Below, piece after piece: positions 53,909 through 63,960 of a DNA stretch of 64,000 bases. The first letter of the stretch is position 1; every line of letters begins with the position of its first letter. Below the pieces are notes generated by a model. That model was given only the letters and a program-made list of their open reading frames with translations. It was not told the origin of the DNA and did not search any database. This DNA is from an uncultured Dehalococcoidia bacterium. GTDB taxonomy: Bacteria > Chloroflexota > Dehalococcoidia > Lucifugimonadales > UBA1127. A program made the translations under genes and the position numbers. The DNA is taken from NCBI GenBank assembly GCA_951812285.1, contig OX638292.1, forward strand, positions 971,008-1,035,007, written 5' to 3'.

Positions 53909-55117
53909 TCAGCTTTCTCTCCCTGCGTGGGGAACCACGCAGGTAATTGTGGTTCCGCCTCCCCCCCGCTCGCTCGTCACTGTGAGTGTTCCGCCCATCC
54001 TCTCGGCATCGGCGCTCATGCCGTTGAAACCGCGTCCGCGCTCGACATAATCGTCGGGGAGACCCTCACCGTCGTCCCAGACGGACAGTCTGATCCACTC
54101 ACCCTCGAAGTCCAGCCTGACCTCGACACTCCCAGGGCGAGCATGCACGTACGCATTGGTAAGCGCGTTGTGTGCAATTGAAAAGAGACGGGATCGCGTC
54201 TCAACTGTGAGCAGGGGCTCGGTCCCGGACTGCGACATCCTCGTAGGGATAGCCGTAATCTTCTCGAAGGTTGAACTGTGCGACCACAACACCTGCCCCA
54301 ACTTCCTGCCTTCGAAGATGTGGCCCGCGTCGATGGGTTGCCTCAACTCCCACATGGCCGACCTTGACAGATTGGAGGTCGCATCCAGTGCAGCCATCAA
54401 CTCCTCGTTTGCCTTGTCAGCAAGCTCTCTGGCCCTATGAATCCCCAGGGTGATCATGTAGGCGGTCTGGGCGGCAGTGTCGTGTATGGTCTGGGATAGC
54501 TCGGTGCGTTCTTGCTGCAGGTGACGCTCCCTTTCCATCGCGGCTTGTCTCCTGGTGCGTTCAATTCGGACGATGAGACTCACGCAGATCACAATGACGT
54601 ACATCGCCGCCAACCTCGCCATCAGCGCCTTCTCATCGCCCGCCACAAGGTCGATGCCAAGTCCAACCCTAAGGCATACGAGGACATAGACGACGGCAGT
54701 CAGAGTCGTCCAGGCTAACCCAAGCCACAATGACGGGAATACCAGAACAAACAACGTAAGGGACGGGTAGTAGGCCAGGAAGAGAAAGCCCTCGAACCCG
54801 CGTTGGAGAACAATGCCCGCCGTAATCAGGCCTAAATCCATAAAGCTGAGGAGGAGCAACCAACGCCATGTTACCGACCTGTTTGTCCAGAGTCGGTAGT
54901 GGACCAGGCCATTGATCGTCACCAGCGGCACGTGCAGCAGCAAGTACTCGTAATGGCCGTGATACCAGAAACCCGGTCGGTAGGCAAACAGAAATGCAGT
55001 GACCAGCCATACTAGCCAATGGCCCCACACCGAGACCCATGCAACGTAGCGGACCACTTCTGGGTCGGCCCAGTTGGTTGGTTGAAGCCGCTTTCTTGTG
55101 GCTCCAATTTCCGCCAT
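53909..55117 (-). CDS. Membrane histidine kinase, HisKA_3 type (paralog of 43432-44634)
   Basis: H-box SQTIHDTAAQTAYMI and ATPase region ...DDGEGLP.... Start set at MAEIGATRK by alignment with the paralog. Confidence 0.8.
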   Translation of the reverse strand: MAEIGATRKRLQPTNWADPEVVRYVAWVSVWGHWLVWLVTAFLFAYRPGFWYHGHYEYLLLHVPLVTINGLVHYRLWTNRSVTWRWLLLLSFMDLGLITAGIVLQRGFEGFLFLAYYPSLTLFVLVFPSLWLGLAWTTLTAVVYVLVCLRVGLGIDLVAGDEKALMARLAAMYVIVICVSLIVRIERTRRQAAMERERHLQQERTELSQTIHDTAAQTAYMITLGIHRARELADKANEELMAALDATSNLSRSAMWELRQPIDAGHIFEGRKLGQVLWSHSSTFEKITAIPTRMSQSGTEPLLTVETRSRLFSIAHNALTNAYVHARPGSVEVRLDFEGEWIRLSVWDDGEGLPDDYVERGRGFNGMSADAERMGGTLTVTSERGGGGTTITCVVPHAGRES

Positions 55118-56120
55118 TAACAAGTCCAAGCGTCCCATCCAACGGCGTACAAGTGGAGGCGCTGCGACGCCCAAGGCTGCATGCAGCCTCCGTCGGCCGC
55201 ACGCAGATTTGGCGGTGTCGGCCTTTAGCACTCTAGCTCAATTGCCCAGTAAAAACGAGAGCGAATTGTACCAATTCCCAATAGGCAAAGTGCTATCTAT
55301 AGGAGCAAGCAAATAGGAAAGGAATTTTCTTGTCTTCGTTTGCTGCACACCCAAAGCGGATTCCACGCTCTCGTAATGACTCATGCGGTTGGCGAAGCCA
55401 CTTGAGCCGATCATGCTCGCTGGGCCATCGATGCTTGACTGAGCGCAGGCGATTGGCTGACGGCCCGCCCGGACAGCGGGTGAGGATGATTCGGTCTACC
55501 GTCAGATTTGTCGGAGCTGAGGCTAACCGAATTGGGACCTTTTGGTGGGACGGTCCAGATCCAGGTGGTCAGCCAACCGACCAATTGGACCCCAGGGGCC
55601 TCCGATCTACCGGTTCGGAGGCCGCCCTGATTTGACAACCGGCGAACGCACGGACATTCAACGACTAATGTCGCCTCTGCCTTTCGCGTGGACGGGGCCG
55701 GGTATTGTGTCGGGATCGACAGGTGAATCCGTAGGCCACATGTAGGTTGGCCTGTCTGGCCCGTGTAGGGACAGGTACGCCTCAATTGGACACTCCAACA
55801 GGAGGCAGAAGGACGGGTGTATGAGCACGCCGTAAAGGAGGACCCAAAAGAGACGCAGAGGCTAAGGTGCCCGCCCTGAGAGGGGAAACAGCCACGCCCC
55901 TCGTTGGAATGACTACGTTTGACGGACAGAACCCGAAAATTGAGTAGGGGGCGCCGAGCGCGTCGTCGTCCAAGCCACGAAACGGCCGGTCTCTCGTTCC
56001 CTCGCTTCCGCCCATTCACCTTCTCCTCACCCCTTCCAAGATCCCATGACCGTCGCTACCCGGCCCATTGACAGCAAGGCCGAATTACAGGTAGTTTCGT
56101 GCCAATAACGTGGAGGTTGT

Positions 56121-56762
56121 ATGCTCCATGCGCAATTGGAAACTGTTCGCATTGCCTTGCGTATGAGGTGGCACGACAGTAACGCACGGGGCTGGCACCG
56201 TCCGGTGTTTCGCTGGCTGGCCTACATCGTCCTGCTGGCCGGCCTGTGGGTAGCGCTGTCGGGCAGGCTGGACGGCCTGTTCCTGGCTATGGGCATCATC
56301 TCGGCGACAGCAGTGTTGTCCGTAACGGAAGCGATATTCCGCCCGGGTGACCCTGTGGGGTTTGAGCGCCCTCCCGCGCGGTTCAGTTGGCTGGCTGGAA
56401 CGGTATTCCGCTTGGTGATCTACTTTCCGTTGCTCCTCCGGGACATCGCCGTGGCGAATGTCCACGTGGTGCATCTGGTGCTGAATCCACGAATGCCCAT
56501 CAGCCCCTCACTCGTTGAGTTCGAATCGCCGTTGCGGACGGAGGCGTCGAATGCTGTGCTGGCCAACTCCATCACGCTTACGCCGGGCACCGTGACAGTC
56601 GACATGTCGGCGAACCGATTTATCGTTCACTGCATATCGGAGACCATGCGGCAAGAAATCCAGGAAGGCGTGTTGCTCAAGCGGGTTGCCCACGTGTTTG
56701 GCGAGAAAGTCGAAGTACCGAAATTACGCAATCTCACCTCAGCGGAAGAGGTGAAATGGTGA
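56121..56762 (+). CDS. mrpE: Mrp/Mnh antiporter subunit E
   Basis: NSITLTPGTVTVDMSANRFIVHCI is the MnhE signature. Confidence 0.75.
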   Translation: MLHAQLETVRIALRMRWHDSNARGWHRPVFRWLAYIVLLAGLWVALSGRLDGLFLAMGIISATAVLSVTEAIFRPGDPVGFERPPARFSWLAGTVFRLVIYFPLLLRDIAVANVHVVHLVLNPRMPISPSLVEFESPLRTEASNAVLANSITLTPGTVTVDMSANRFIVHCISETMRQEIQEGVLLKRVAHVFGEKVEVPKLRNLTSAEEVKW

Positions 56763-57031
56763 GTGCGGTCTTCGTAGCGACGGCGTCGGCCATCATCGTC
56801 CTCAGCGCGCTCAGCATGTGGCGCCTGGCAGTGGGCCGGACCATCTATGACAGACTGTTGGCGGCAGGCGTTGTTGGGACCAAGAACGTGGGGCTGTTGG
56901 TGGTCCTTGGGTTCATGTTCAAGCGTCCAGACATGTTCGTCGACCTGGCGCTGACCTATGCACTTCTGAACTTCATCGGGACGGTGGCCGCCGCGAAATA
57001 CCTTGCGCGCCATCCCGAGGGAGGTCTGTAG
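56756..57031 (+). CDS. mrpF: Mrp/Mnh antiporter subunit F
   Basis: IYDRLLAAGVVGTK...DLALTYALLNFIGTVAAAKYL. Confidence 0.75.
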   Translation: MVSAVFVATASAIIVLSALSMWRLAVGRTIYDRLLAAGVVGTKNVGLLVVLGFMFKRPDMFVDLALTYALLNFIGTVAAAKYLARHPEGGL

Positions 57032-57342
57032 TGGCCATTGCGGGGACAGTGCTAATAGGGGTAGGCCTCTTCCTCATGGCAGTGACGGTCATCGGCCTGA
57101 TTCGCCTGCCCGACTTCTATACGCGAACACACGCAGTCTCTAAAACGGACACGCTCGGCATCGGGCTGGTGCTCGTCGGACTGGCGCTGCACGAGGGGGT
57201 GACGCTGGTCAGCCTGAAGATCGTTCTCGGCCTGCTGTTCATCTTTATCGCCAACCCGGTGGCTGCGCACTTGCTCACGCGCTCGGCGTTGCAAGTGGGC
57301 ATCATGCCATGGACGCGCCGAGACTCGGCGCGGGAGCAATAG
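57031..57342 (+). CDS. mrpG: Mrp/Mnh antiporter subunit G
   Basis: GLIRLPDFYTRTHAVSKTDTLG. Confidence 0.8.
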   Translation: MAIAGTVLIGVGLFLMAVTVIGLIRLPDFYTRTHAVSKTDTLGIGLVLVGLALHEGVTLVSLKIVLGLLFIFIANPVAAHLLTRSALQVGIMPWTRRDSAREQ

Positions 57343-57344
57343 CG

Positions 57345-57590
57345 ATGGTCTGGGAACTGGAATTGGCGCTGTACGGGTTGCTTGTGCTGACGTCGGTCAT
57401 CGCGCTGTGGGTACGCGACCTGCTGGCCGCCGTGGCCTCGCTGACAGTGTACAGCTTCATTGCGGGGACGCTTATGGCGCTCATGGGGGCCGTCGACGTG
57501 GCGCTGACGGAGATCGCATTGGGTGCAGGCGTGACGGGCGTGATGCTCATTGGAGGCATCAGCTTGATGCGCCGGAGGTCGTCGGATTGA
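57345..57590 (+). CDS. Small membrane subunit (DUF4040/MbhD-like, MrpA C-terminal-like)
   Basis: Three hydrophobic helices; position between mrpG and the MnhB-like genes. ATG 57345 was chosen to avoid overlap. Confidence 0.55.
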   Translation: MVWELELALYGLLVLTSVIALWVRDLLAAVASLTVYSFIAGTLMALMGAVDVALTEIALGAGVTGVMLIGGISLMRRRSSD

Positions 57591-57874
57591 GGGCGTTAGG
57601 CATCATGCTCGCCGTTGCGACTACCGCGCTTTTCGTCGCGGCATCGTGGGACTTGCCCGACCGCGGCGACCCCCACGCGCCGGCGAACGTCGGTGTAGGG
57701 CCTGAGTACATTGAGCGGACGGAGGAGGACATCGGCATCGAGAATGTCGTCTCCGCCGTCCTGGCCGACTATCGAAGCTATGACACGCTGGGGGAAACAT
57801 TTGTCATCTTCACGGCGGGCGTTGCCGTTCTATTCGTACTGATACGGAGGGGGCGCGATGACCGACAGGCATGA
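57587..57874 (+). CDS. MnhB-related small subunit (MbhE-like)
   Basis: NVVSAVLADYRSYDTLGETFVIFTAG. TTG start with GGAGG-N7 overlaps the previous stop. Confidence 0.6.
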   Translation: MRALGIMLAVATTALFVAASWDLPDRGDPHAPANVGVGPEYIERTEEDIGIENVVSAVLADYRSYDTLGETFVIFTAGVAVLFVLIRRGRDDRQA

Positions 57875-58328
57875 CAGCGTCCTGCTCCACTTCGTCGTCA
57901 GAGCGGTCATGGTCCCGGCAATCCTATTGTTTGGCCTCTACGTCCTGGTCCATGGGGACGCGTCGCCCGGGGGCGGGTTCCAGGCCGGGGCGATCCTCGC
58001 CGGCGGTCTCATTCTCTCGCGCCTTTCGCTCAGCGGCGACGAGGGTCGCAGGCTGTTCTCCCGGCCCAGGCTGGTCATGATTGCCGTGCTTGGCATGTTC
58101 CTGTACGCGGGGACGGGAGTTGCGGCAATGCTCGCCGGCGGTGATTATCTCGACTACGGAGTCATCGCATTTGAATCGATCGACCGCATTTTGCCGATTG
58201 GTCTGGGGCGAAGGGAAATCGGCATATTCATCATCGAAGTGGGCGTGACGTTGGCCGTGTTCGGGACGCTTGCGCTGGTTGTCGACTACCTGACTGAGCC
58301 GCACGATCCGGAAGAGACGGAGGGGTAG
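57858..58328 (+). CDS. mrpB: Mrp/Mnh antiporter subunit B-like
   Basis: GDASPGGGFQAGAILA... is the typical MnhB core. Confidence 0.7.
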   Translation: MTDRHDSVLLHFVVRAVMVPAILLFGLYVLVHGDASPGGGFQAGAILAGGLILSRLSLSGDEGRRLFSRPRLVMIAVLGMFLYAGTGVAAMLAGGDYLDYGVIAFESIDRILPIGLGRREIGIFIIEVGVTLAVFGTLALVVDYLTEPHDPEETEG

Positions 58329-58330
58329 CA

Positions 58331-58702
58331 ATGGAAGAGGTGGCGGCCCGCTTCCCCTACTTTATGATTGCCATCCTGCTCGGCGTAGGCGTGTGGGGCA
58401 TGGTAGGCAAGCGCAGCCTGGTCAAGAAGCTTATCGGGCTTAACGTGCTGCAGTCGGCCATAATCCTGTTTTTCATCAACGGCTCGATTCGCGAAGGGGG
58501 CACCGTGCCCATCCTGTTCCATGGTGAGCACGGCAACGCCGAGGACTTCGTGAACCCGTTGCCGCACGTGCTGATGCTGACGGCCATCGTCGTCGCCGTT
58601 GCCGTCACTGCTGTCGCTCTCGCCTTCCTGACACGCATCTACCGCGAATTCGGGACGGTCGACGAGGCAGAAATCTTGAGCGAGATGGAGCGGCAGACCT
58701 AA
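58331..58702 (+). CDS. mrpC: Mrp/Mnh subunit C (NuoK-like)
   Basis: KKLIGLNVLQSAIILFFI...LTAIVVAVAVTAVALA. Confidence 0.8.
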   Translation: MEEVAARFPYFMIAILLGVGVWGMVGKRSLVKKLIGLNVLQSAIILFFINGSIREGGTVPILFHGEHGNAEDFVNPLPHVLMLTAIVVAVAVTAVALAFLTRIYREFGTVDEAEILSEMERQT

Positions 58703-58705
58703 CAC

Positions 58706-60220
58706 GTGGCAGACCAACTACCCGCCCTGATCCCTGTCCCGCTGCTGGTGCTGTCCATACTCGCGCCTATGGTCGGCTTGTGGCGGCAAAAGCTCGCCTT
58801 CTGGCTGGCCATAGCGACCATTGCGTTCAGTACTGCGATGTCGGGATGGGCGCTTGCCCACGTCATTGCCCACGGCCCGATGACCTACAAGTTCGGCGGG
58901 TGGGAGCCGCCCATCGGCATCGAGTACGTCGTGGACCATGTGGCGGCATTCGTTTCGCTTATCGTCATGGCCGTGGCGCTTGCGGTGGTCGTTGCGACGC
59001 GGCGTATGGCCGAGCAGGAGATGCAAGGGAGACAGGGGTTGTACTACTCGCTGGTGCTCCTGCTGCTCGGCGGCCTGACAGGAATGGTTGTCACCGCCGA
59101 CCTGTTCAACCTGTTCGTGTTTCTTGAAATATCGTCGCTGGCTGGCTATGCACTCGTGTTCCTCGGCGGCCGCAAGGGGATGCTTGCCGCGTACCGTTAT
59201 CTTATCTTGGGAACGCTCGGCGGCGCGTTCTACCTGCTGGGCGTGGCGTTCCTCTACTTTGGGACGGGCACGCTGAACATGGCGGACACGCTGGCGATAC
59301 TCTCGGCCTCTGAGGCGACGACGGCAATCAGCGCGGGCGCCGTGTTCATCTTCATCGGACTGGGCCTGAAGATGGCGCTGGTGCCGCTGCATCTGTGGCT
59401 TCCGGACGCGTACACGTTCTCGCCATCGTCGGTGAACACGCTGATTGCGCCAATAATGACCAAGGTCGGGGCGTACGCGATGCTGCGTATGTTCCTGAGC
59501 GTCTTCCCCGACGGCTATCTGGTTGACGAGGTCCCCATCGGACAAGCGCTCGTCGTGCTTGGGGCGATTGGCGTTGTATTCGGGGCAGCGGCAGCATTCA
59601 GGCAGCAGGACATTCGGCGGCTGCTCGCCTACTCGTCCGTTAGCCAGCTGGCCTTCATCGCCATTGGCATCGGATTGGCGACACCGGCGGGGTTTGTAGC
59701 CGCGCTGCTGCACATCATGAACCACGCATTGATGAAGGGAACGCTGTTCCTCGCCGTCATGGCCGTGCGAATGCAGACAGGCGCGACGGAGGTGCCCGCG
59801 CTGACGGGCCTTGGCCGCCGCCTGCCTATCACTACCGCTGCCTTCACGGTCGGCGCCATCGCGATGGTGGGCATACCGCCGACGGCGGGGTTCTTTAGCA
59901 AGTGGTATCTATCCATCGCTGCGTTGGAACAGGACCTCTGGGTGATTCTGGCCGTCGTGCTTATCAGTAGCCTGCTGTCTGCTGCGTATCTTTTCCGGGT
60001 GTTGGAGCGTGCATACCTCGTGCATTCGCCGGCCGACATGGATGGGACCAACGACGAGCTGGAAGGTGAAGCGCGTCGAAGTAGGATCCCGCTGTTAAGC
60101 ACGACCTGGGAGCCCAAGATTGACGTGTTGCTGCCTCTTGTCTTGCTGGCAGCATCGACTATCTTGCTCGGGGTCTTCAACGTGGCGGTGGTGAGACACG
60201 TACTGGAGCCGGGGACGTAA
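58706..60220 (+). CDS. mrpD: MrpD/NuoN-like proton-pumping subunit (1 of 3)
   Basis: Polytopic membrane protein with WLPDAY...AP, KVGAYAMLR and LAYSSVSQL motifs. Confidence 0.8.
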   Translation: MADQLPALIPVPLLVLSILAPMVGLWRQKLAFWLAIATIAFSTAMSGWALAHVIAHGPMTYKFGGWEPPIGIEYVVDHVAAFVSLIVMAVALAVVVATRRMAEQEMQGRQGLYYSLVLLLLGGLTGMVVTADLFNLFVFLEISSLAGYALVFLGGRKGMLAAYRYLILGTLGGAFYLLGVAFLYFGTGTLNMADTLAILSASEATTAISAGAVFIFIGLGLKMALVPLHLWLPDAYTFSPSSVNTLIAPIMTKVGAYAMLRMFLSVFPDGYLVDEVPIGQALVVLGAIGVVFGAAAAFRQQDIRRLLAYSSVSQLAFIAIGIGLATPAGFVAALLHIMNHALMKGTLFLAVMAVRMQTGATEVPALTGLGRRLPITTAAFTVGAIAMVGIPPTAGFFSKWYLSIAALEQDLWVILAVVLISSLLSAAYLFRVLERAYLVHSPADMDGTNDELEGEARRSRIPLLSTTWEPKIDVLLPLVLLAASTILLGVFNVAVVRHVLEPGT

Positions 60221-61713
60221 TGATCGAATCGTCACCTCTGCCCGCACTTGCAGTCGCTGTCCCACTGATCGGCGCCGCGCTGGTCGCTGCCCTTGGGAGT
60301 ATGCCTAACGTACGCGAATGCGTGTCCATCGCGCTGGCGTTGGCCACGTTGGGGCTCGTCGTCTCGATGCTGCCCGGGACGACGGATGGCCGCGTTGCAG
60401 AGGCGACTCTTCTCGAGCTGTCGCCCGGCATCAACCTTGCGCTGCGAGCCGACGCGGCGGGCATGCTGTTCGCAACACTAGCCTCGTTTCTGTGGGTGCT
60501 CACAACCGTGTACTCCATCGGGTACATGCGCGGGCTGGAAGAGCAGAAGCAGAGTCGCTTCTACGCCGCGTTCGCACTGAGCGTCGGCGCAGCGTTGGGC
60601 GTTGCGCTGGCGGCCAACCTGTTGACGTTTGTGCTCTTCTACGAATTGCTGACGCTGTTTACCTACCCCCTCGTGATACACCGTGAGTCCGACGAGGCGA
60701 TTCGCGCAGGCCGGAAGTACCTGCTGTACACGCTGAGCGGAGGGCTGGCGCTCCTCGGTGGAACGGTTTGGCTCGCGCAGATGGGGATAGACACAACATT
60801 CTCCGAAGGAGGCGTGCTGGGGTCGCTTACGGGCCGCGACGGGACAGTTTGGGCGTTGTTCGTCTTGCTCGCCGGCGGCGTCATCGTGAAGGCGGCGGTG
60901 ATGCCGCTCCATTCCTGGCTGCCGGCTGCGATGGTCGCGCCAACCCCGGTGAGCGCCCTGTTGCACGCTGTCGCAGTCGTGAAAGCAGGGGTGTTTGGTG
61001 TCGTGCGCGTGCTCATCTTCGTCTTTGGCGTCGACCTGCTGCGTGACACAGGTGCGTGGCAGGTCCTGGCTATCGGCGCGGCGGCGACCGTCGTCCTGGC
61101 CTCGTTGCTGGCGCTACGGCACGACAATCTCAAGCGGCGACTCGCCTACTCGACTGTGAGCCATTTGTCCTACATCGTGCTTGGAGTGGCGTTGCTGGGA
61201 CCGCTTGCATTGACGGGGGCGCTGTTGCACCTCGTCGGGCATGGCGTCACCAAGATAACGCTGTTCTTCTGCGCCGGAGCAATTCACGTCCGGACACACC
61301 GCGAGAACGTGAGCGAACTGGACGGCATCGGCAAACAGATGCCCGTGACGATGGGAGCATTCGCGCTGGCCTCGCTGAGCATGGCGGGCATTCCACCGTT
61401 CGTGCTGTTTGCGAGCAAGTGGTACCTGGGCGCTGGAGCAGTCGATGCATCGGCCATTGCGTTCCTGTTCGTCTACATCGCGGGCGGGGTCCTGAGCGCG
61501 GGATACTTGTTCCCCATAGTGGCACGAGCATTCTGGCGGAGCTCGCCGTCCTTCACCTGGTCGGGGTGGCACGGGGAAGCGTCACTCAAGATGGTCGCGC
61601 CGCTCTTGGTAACCGGACTGCTTGCGCTGGTTTGGGGTATCGCGCCGAATCTGCCTTTCAGCTTCTTTTCCCTGGCCACACAGGTGGCTAACGGGACAGG
61701 AGGAGGCGCCTGA
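60220..61713 (+). CDS. mrpD: MrpD/NuoM-like proton-pumping subunit (2 of 3)
   Basis: PLHSWLPAAMVAPTPVSALLHAVAVVKAGVF and LAYSTVSHL. Confidence 0.8.
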   Translation: MIESSPLPALAVAVPLIGAALVAALGSMPNVRECVSIALALATLGLVVSMLPGTTDGRVAEATLLELSPGINLALRADAAGMLFATLASFLWVLTTVYSIGYMRGLEEQKQSRFYAAFALSVGAALGVALAANLLTFVLFYELLTLFTYPLVIHRESDEAIRAGRKYLLYTLSGGLALLGGTVWLAQMGIDTTFSEGGVLGSLTGRDGTVWALFVLLAGGVIVKAAVMPLHSWLPAAMVAPTPVSALLHAVAVVKAGVFGVVRVLIFVFGVDLLRDTGAWQVLAIGAAATVVLASLLALRHDNLKRRLAYSTVSHLSYIVLGVALLGPLALTGALLHLVGHGVTKITLFFCAGAIHVRTHRENVSELDGIGKQMPVTMGAFALASLSMAGIPPFVLFASKWYLGAGAVDASAIAFLFVYIAGGVLSAGYLFPIVARAFWRSSPSFTWSGWHGEASLKMVAPLLVTGLLALVWGIAPNLPFSFFSLATQVANGTGGGA

Positions 61714-61958
61714 TGCGGCTCACGCGCAACCTTGTGGCTGCGTTCGCGCTGGCCACTATCGCGACACTCGCGGCCGATACGGGGCTCACCTTGACCGACA
61801 AGATCAAGGCACACTTCCCCTACGCGGATATTATCGGCTTCTACATAGCCTTCGGGCTGCTCTCGACATACGCAATCGTATACGGCGCCAAGTGGCTGGG
61901 GGCCCTGCTGGTGCGTCCCGACAACGACGATGGCAGCCAGGAGCACGAGGATGAGTAG
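61713..61958 (+). CDS. Small membrane protein of the Mrp cluster
   Basis: Two hydrophobic segments. ATGA overlap upstream. Acidic tail. Confidence 0.45.
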   Translation: MRLTRNLVAAFALATIATLAADTGLTLTDKIKAHFPYADIIGFYIAFGLLSTYAIVYGAKWLGALLVRPDNDDGSQEHEDE

Positions 61959-63684
61959 CTTCATGCCCGCGTTCATCCTCATTCTCGGCGGCGCGGCTGC
62001 CCTCGTTTTGCCTGCCCGCATTCGGCCGGCGCTGATGGTGACTGCCTTCGGGCTCACCGTGTTTCAGTTGGTCGTCTTCCTGGACCTGAACACGACGTGG
62101 GAGGCCCACTGGCTCGGATTCGCTCTCATGCCGCTGCGCGTCGATGCGCTGAGCTTGGCGTTTGGGAGTGTGTTCGCCATCATCGGCGTGCTCGGCAGCA
62201 TCTACGCGCTGCACATGCGCGACCGAGGTCAGCAGGCTGCAGCGCTGTTCTTCGGAAGCGGCGCGCTGGGCGTTGTGTTCGCGGGTGACCTGCTTACGCT
62301 GGTAGTCTTCTGGGAAGTCATGGCCGTCGCGGCGGCTTACCTCATCTTCCAAGGGGGACGGCCAGCATCGCGGGCGGCAGCCATGCGCTACCTGTTCGTC
62401 CACATCGTGGGCGGGGCCATTCTTTTGGCGGGCGTGCTGTGGCACTTTGCCGACACGCGCTCGCTGCTGTTCGAGGGATTCGAGGGCGGAGGCGCGGCGT
62501 GGCTGATTCTCATCGGCTTTGCGGTGAACGCGGCGATTCCGCCCGTCCACGCGTGGCTGGCTGACGCCTATCCCGAGGCGAGCGCGGCGGGCGCGGTGTT
62601 CCTGAGCGCCTTCACGACCAAGGCGGCAGTTTACGTGTTGCTGCGCGGCTTCGCGGGGTGGGAGATCCTCATCATCCTCGGCACGGTGATGGCGCTCTAC
62701 GGTGTCGTCTACGCGGTCCTCGAAAACGATATCCGGCGCCTGCTTGCGTACCACATCATCAGCCAGGTCGGCTTTATGGTCACTGCGGTTGGCATTGGCA
62801 CGCATGAGGCAATCGAAGGCGCGACGGCACACGCCTTTGCCCATGTGCTCTACAAGGGCCTGATGATCATGGCGACGGGCGCAGTATTGACGGCAACAGG
62901 CACGACGAAGATGACGGAGTTGGGCGGCCTCGCGCCGAGAATGAAAGTGGTGTTCACGCTGTACATGGTGGGGGCACTTTCCATCTCGGCGGTGCCGCTC
63001 TTTGCGGGCTTCGTGAGCAAGCCCTTGGTGACGGCGGCCGCGCACTACAGCGGCTACGACATCGCGACCTTCCTGTTGTACGTCGCGACCGTCGGCACCT
63101 TCTTGCACACCGGGCTGAAACTGCCCTACTTCACGTGGCTTGGTTCCAAACGCGCAACGCCCGTTGCGCTCATCGCCAAGGTGCCTGCGGGGATGTACGC
63201 CGGCATGGCGGGAGCGGCGGCGCTGTGCATCGCCGTCGGGCTCTTCCCGCAGACCTTCTACGACTTCCTGAACTTCACAGGACACTACGCGCCCTACAAC
63301 CCAAACGAAGTCATTCAAACGCTGGAGTTGCTCGTATTCACAGGCTTGGGCTTCTGGCTCATGCTCAACGCGCTCGAGCCAAAGTCGACCGTGTCGCTTG
63401 ATACCGACTGGCCCTACCGCCATGCGGCAAAGCCCGTGCGAGTCCTGGTGCAGGAACCACTGGAACGCGCCTTCTTTACGGCCGAGCGGGCAAAGGACGC
63501 GGTCGTGGCATGGACGACGCTGGCAGCGTCGTCGCCGGAGACTGCCTTGCATCGGCTGCCGTTGGGTGACGGAGTGCGAAGAGCGGCGCTAGCCGCGCTG
63601 GGCAGGCCGCCGCTGGCCGCCGCCATAGGCGCGATGTTGCTCACCTTCGGCGTCCTCATCGTGTTCGTCGTCCTGCGCACGTAG
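61951..63684 (+). CDS. MrpA/MrpD/NuoL-like proton-pumping subunit (3 of 3)
   Basis: VHAWLADAYPEASAAGAVFLSAFTTKAAVY and LAYHIISQVGFM. Start at MSSFMPAF. Confidence 0.75.
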   Translation: MSSFMPAFILILGGAAALVLPARIRPALMVTAFGLTVFQLVVFLDLNTTWEAHWLGFALMPLRVDALSLAFGSVFAIIGVLGSIYALHMRDRGQQAAALFFGSGALGVVFAGDLLTLVVFWEVMAVAAAYLIFQGGRPASRAAAMRYLFVHIVGGAILLAGVLWHFADTRSLLFEGFEGGGAAWLILIGFAVNAAIPPVHAWLADAYPEASAAGAVFLSAFTTKAAVYVLLRGFAGWEILIILGTVMALYGVVYAVLENDIRRLLAYHIISQVGFMVTAVGIGTHEAIEGATAHAFAHVLYKGLMIMATGAVLTATGTTKMTELGGLAPRMKVVFTLYMVGALSISAVPLFAGFVSKPLVTAAAHYSGYDIATFLLYVATVGTFLHTGLKLPYFTWLGSKRATPVALIAKVPAGMYAGMAGAAALCIAVGLFPQTFYDFLNFTGHYAPYNPNEVIQTLELLVFTGLGFWLMLNALEPKSTVSLDTDWPYRHAAKPVRVLVQEPLERAFFTAERAKDAVVAWTTLAASSPETALHRLPLGDGVRRAALAALGRPPLAAAIGAMLLTFGVLIVFVVLRT

Positions 63685-63883
63685 CCGCTCTGTGCGAATG
63701 GAGCGCCTCAAAGCCAAGCGGGGTGAGTGGTGGCCATGGAGTACCCCCCTTCAGGTCGTTTCAGTCCCACTGCACGTGCGGGAAATCGGGGTATGCATGG
63801 GGAGGGGTGGAAACGCTGACGGTCAAGCTGGACATAAATCTGAGGCTACGAGAGTCAACTCTGGACAACCGTGGATAGTATGA

Positions 63884-63960
<77 letters not shown>

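Noticed and set aside
55411-56019. 202-aa minus-strand ORF in the long intergenic gap
   Set aside because: The composition is not protein-like (Arg/Ser/Cys/Pro/Gly-rich), and it has no RBS and no motif.
63692-63883. 63-aa ORF upstream of the tRNA
   Set aside because: No RBS and no motif. It lies in the tRNA flank and is likely non-coding.
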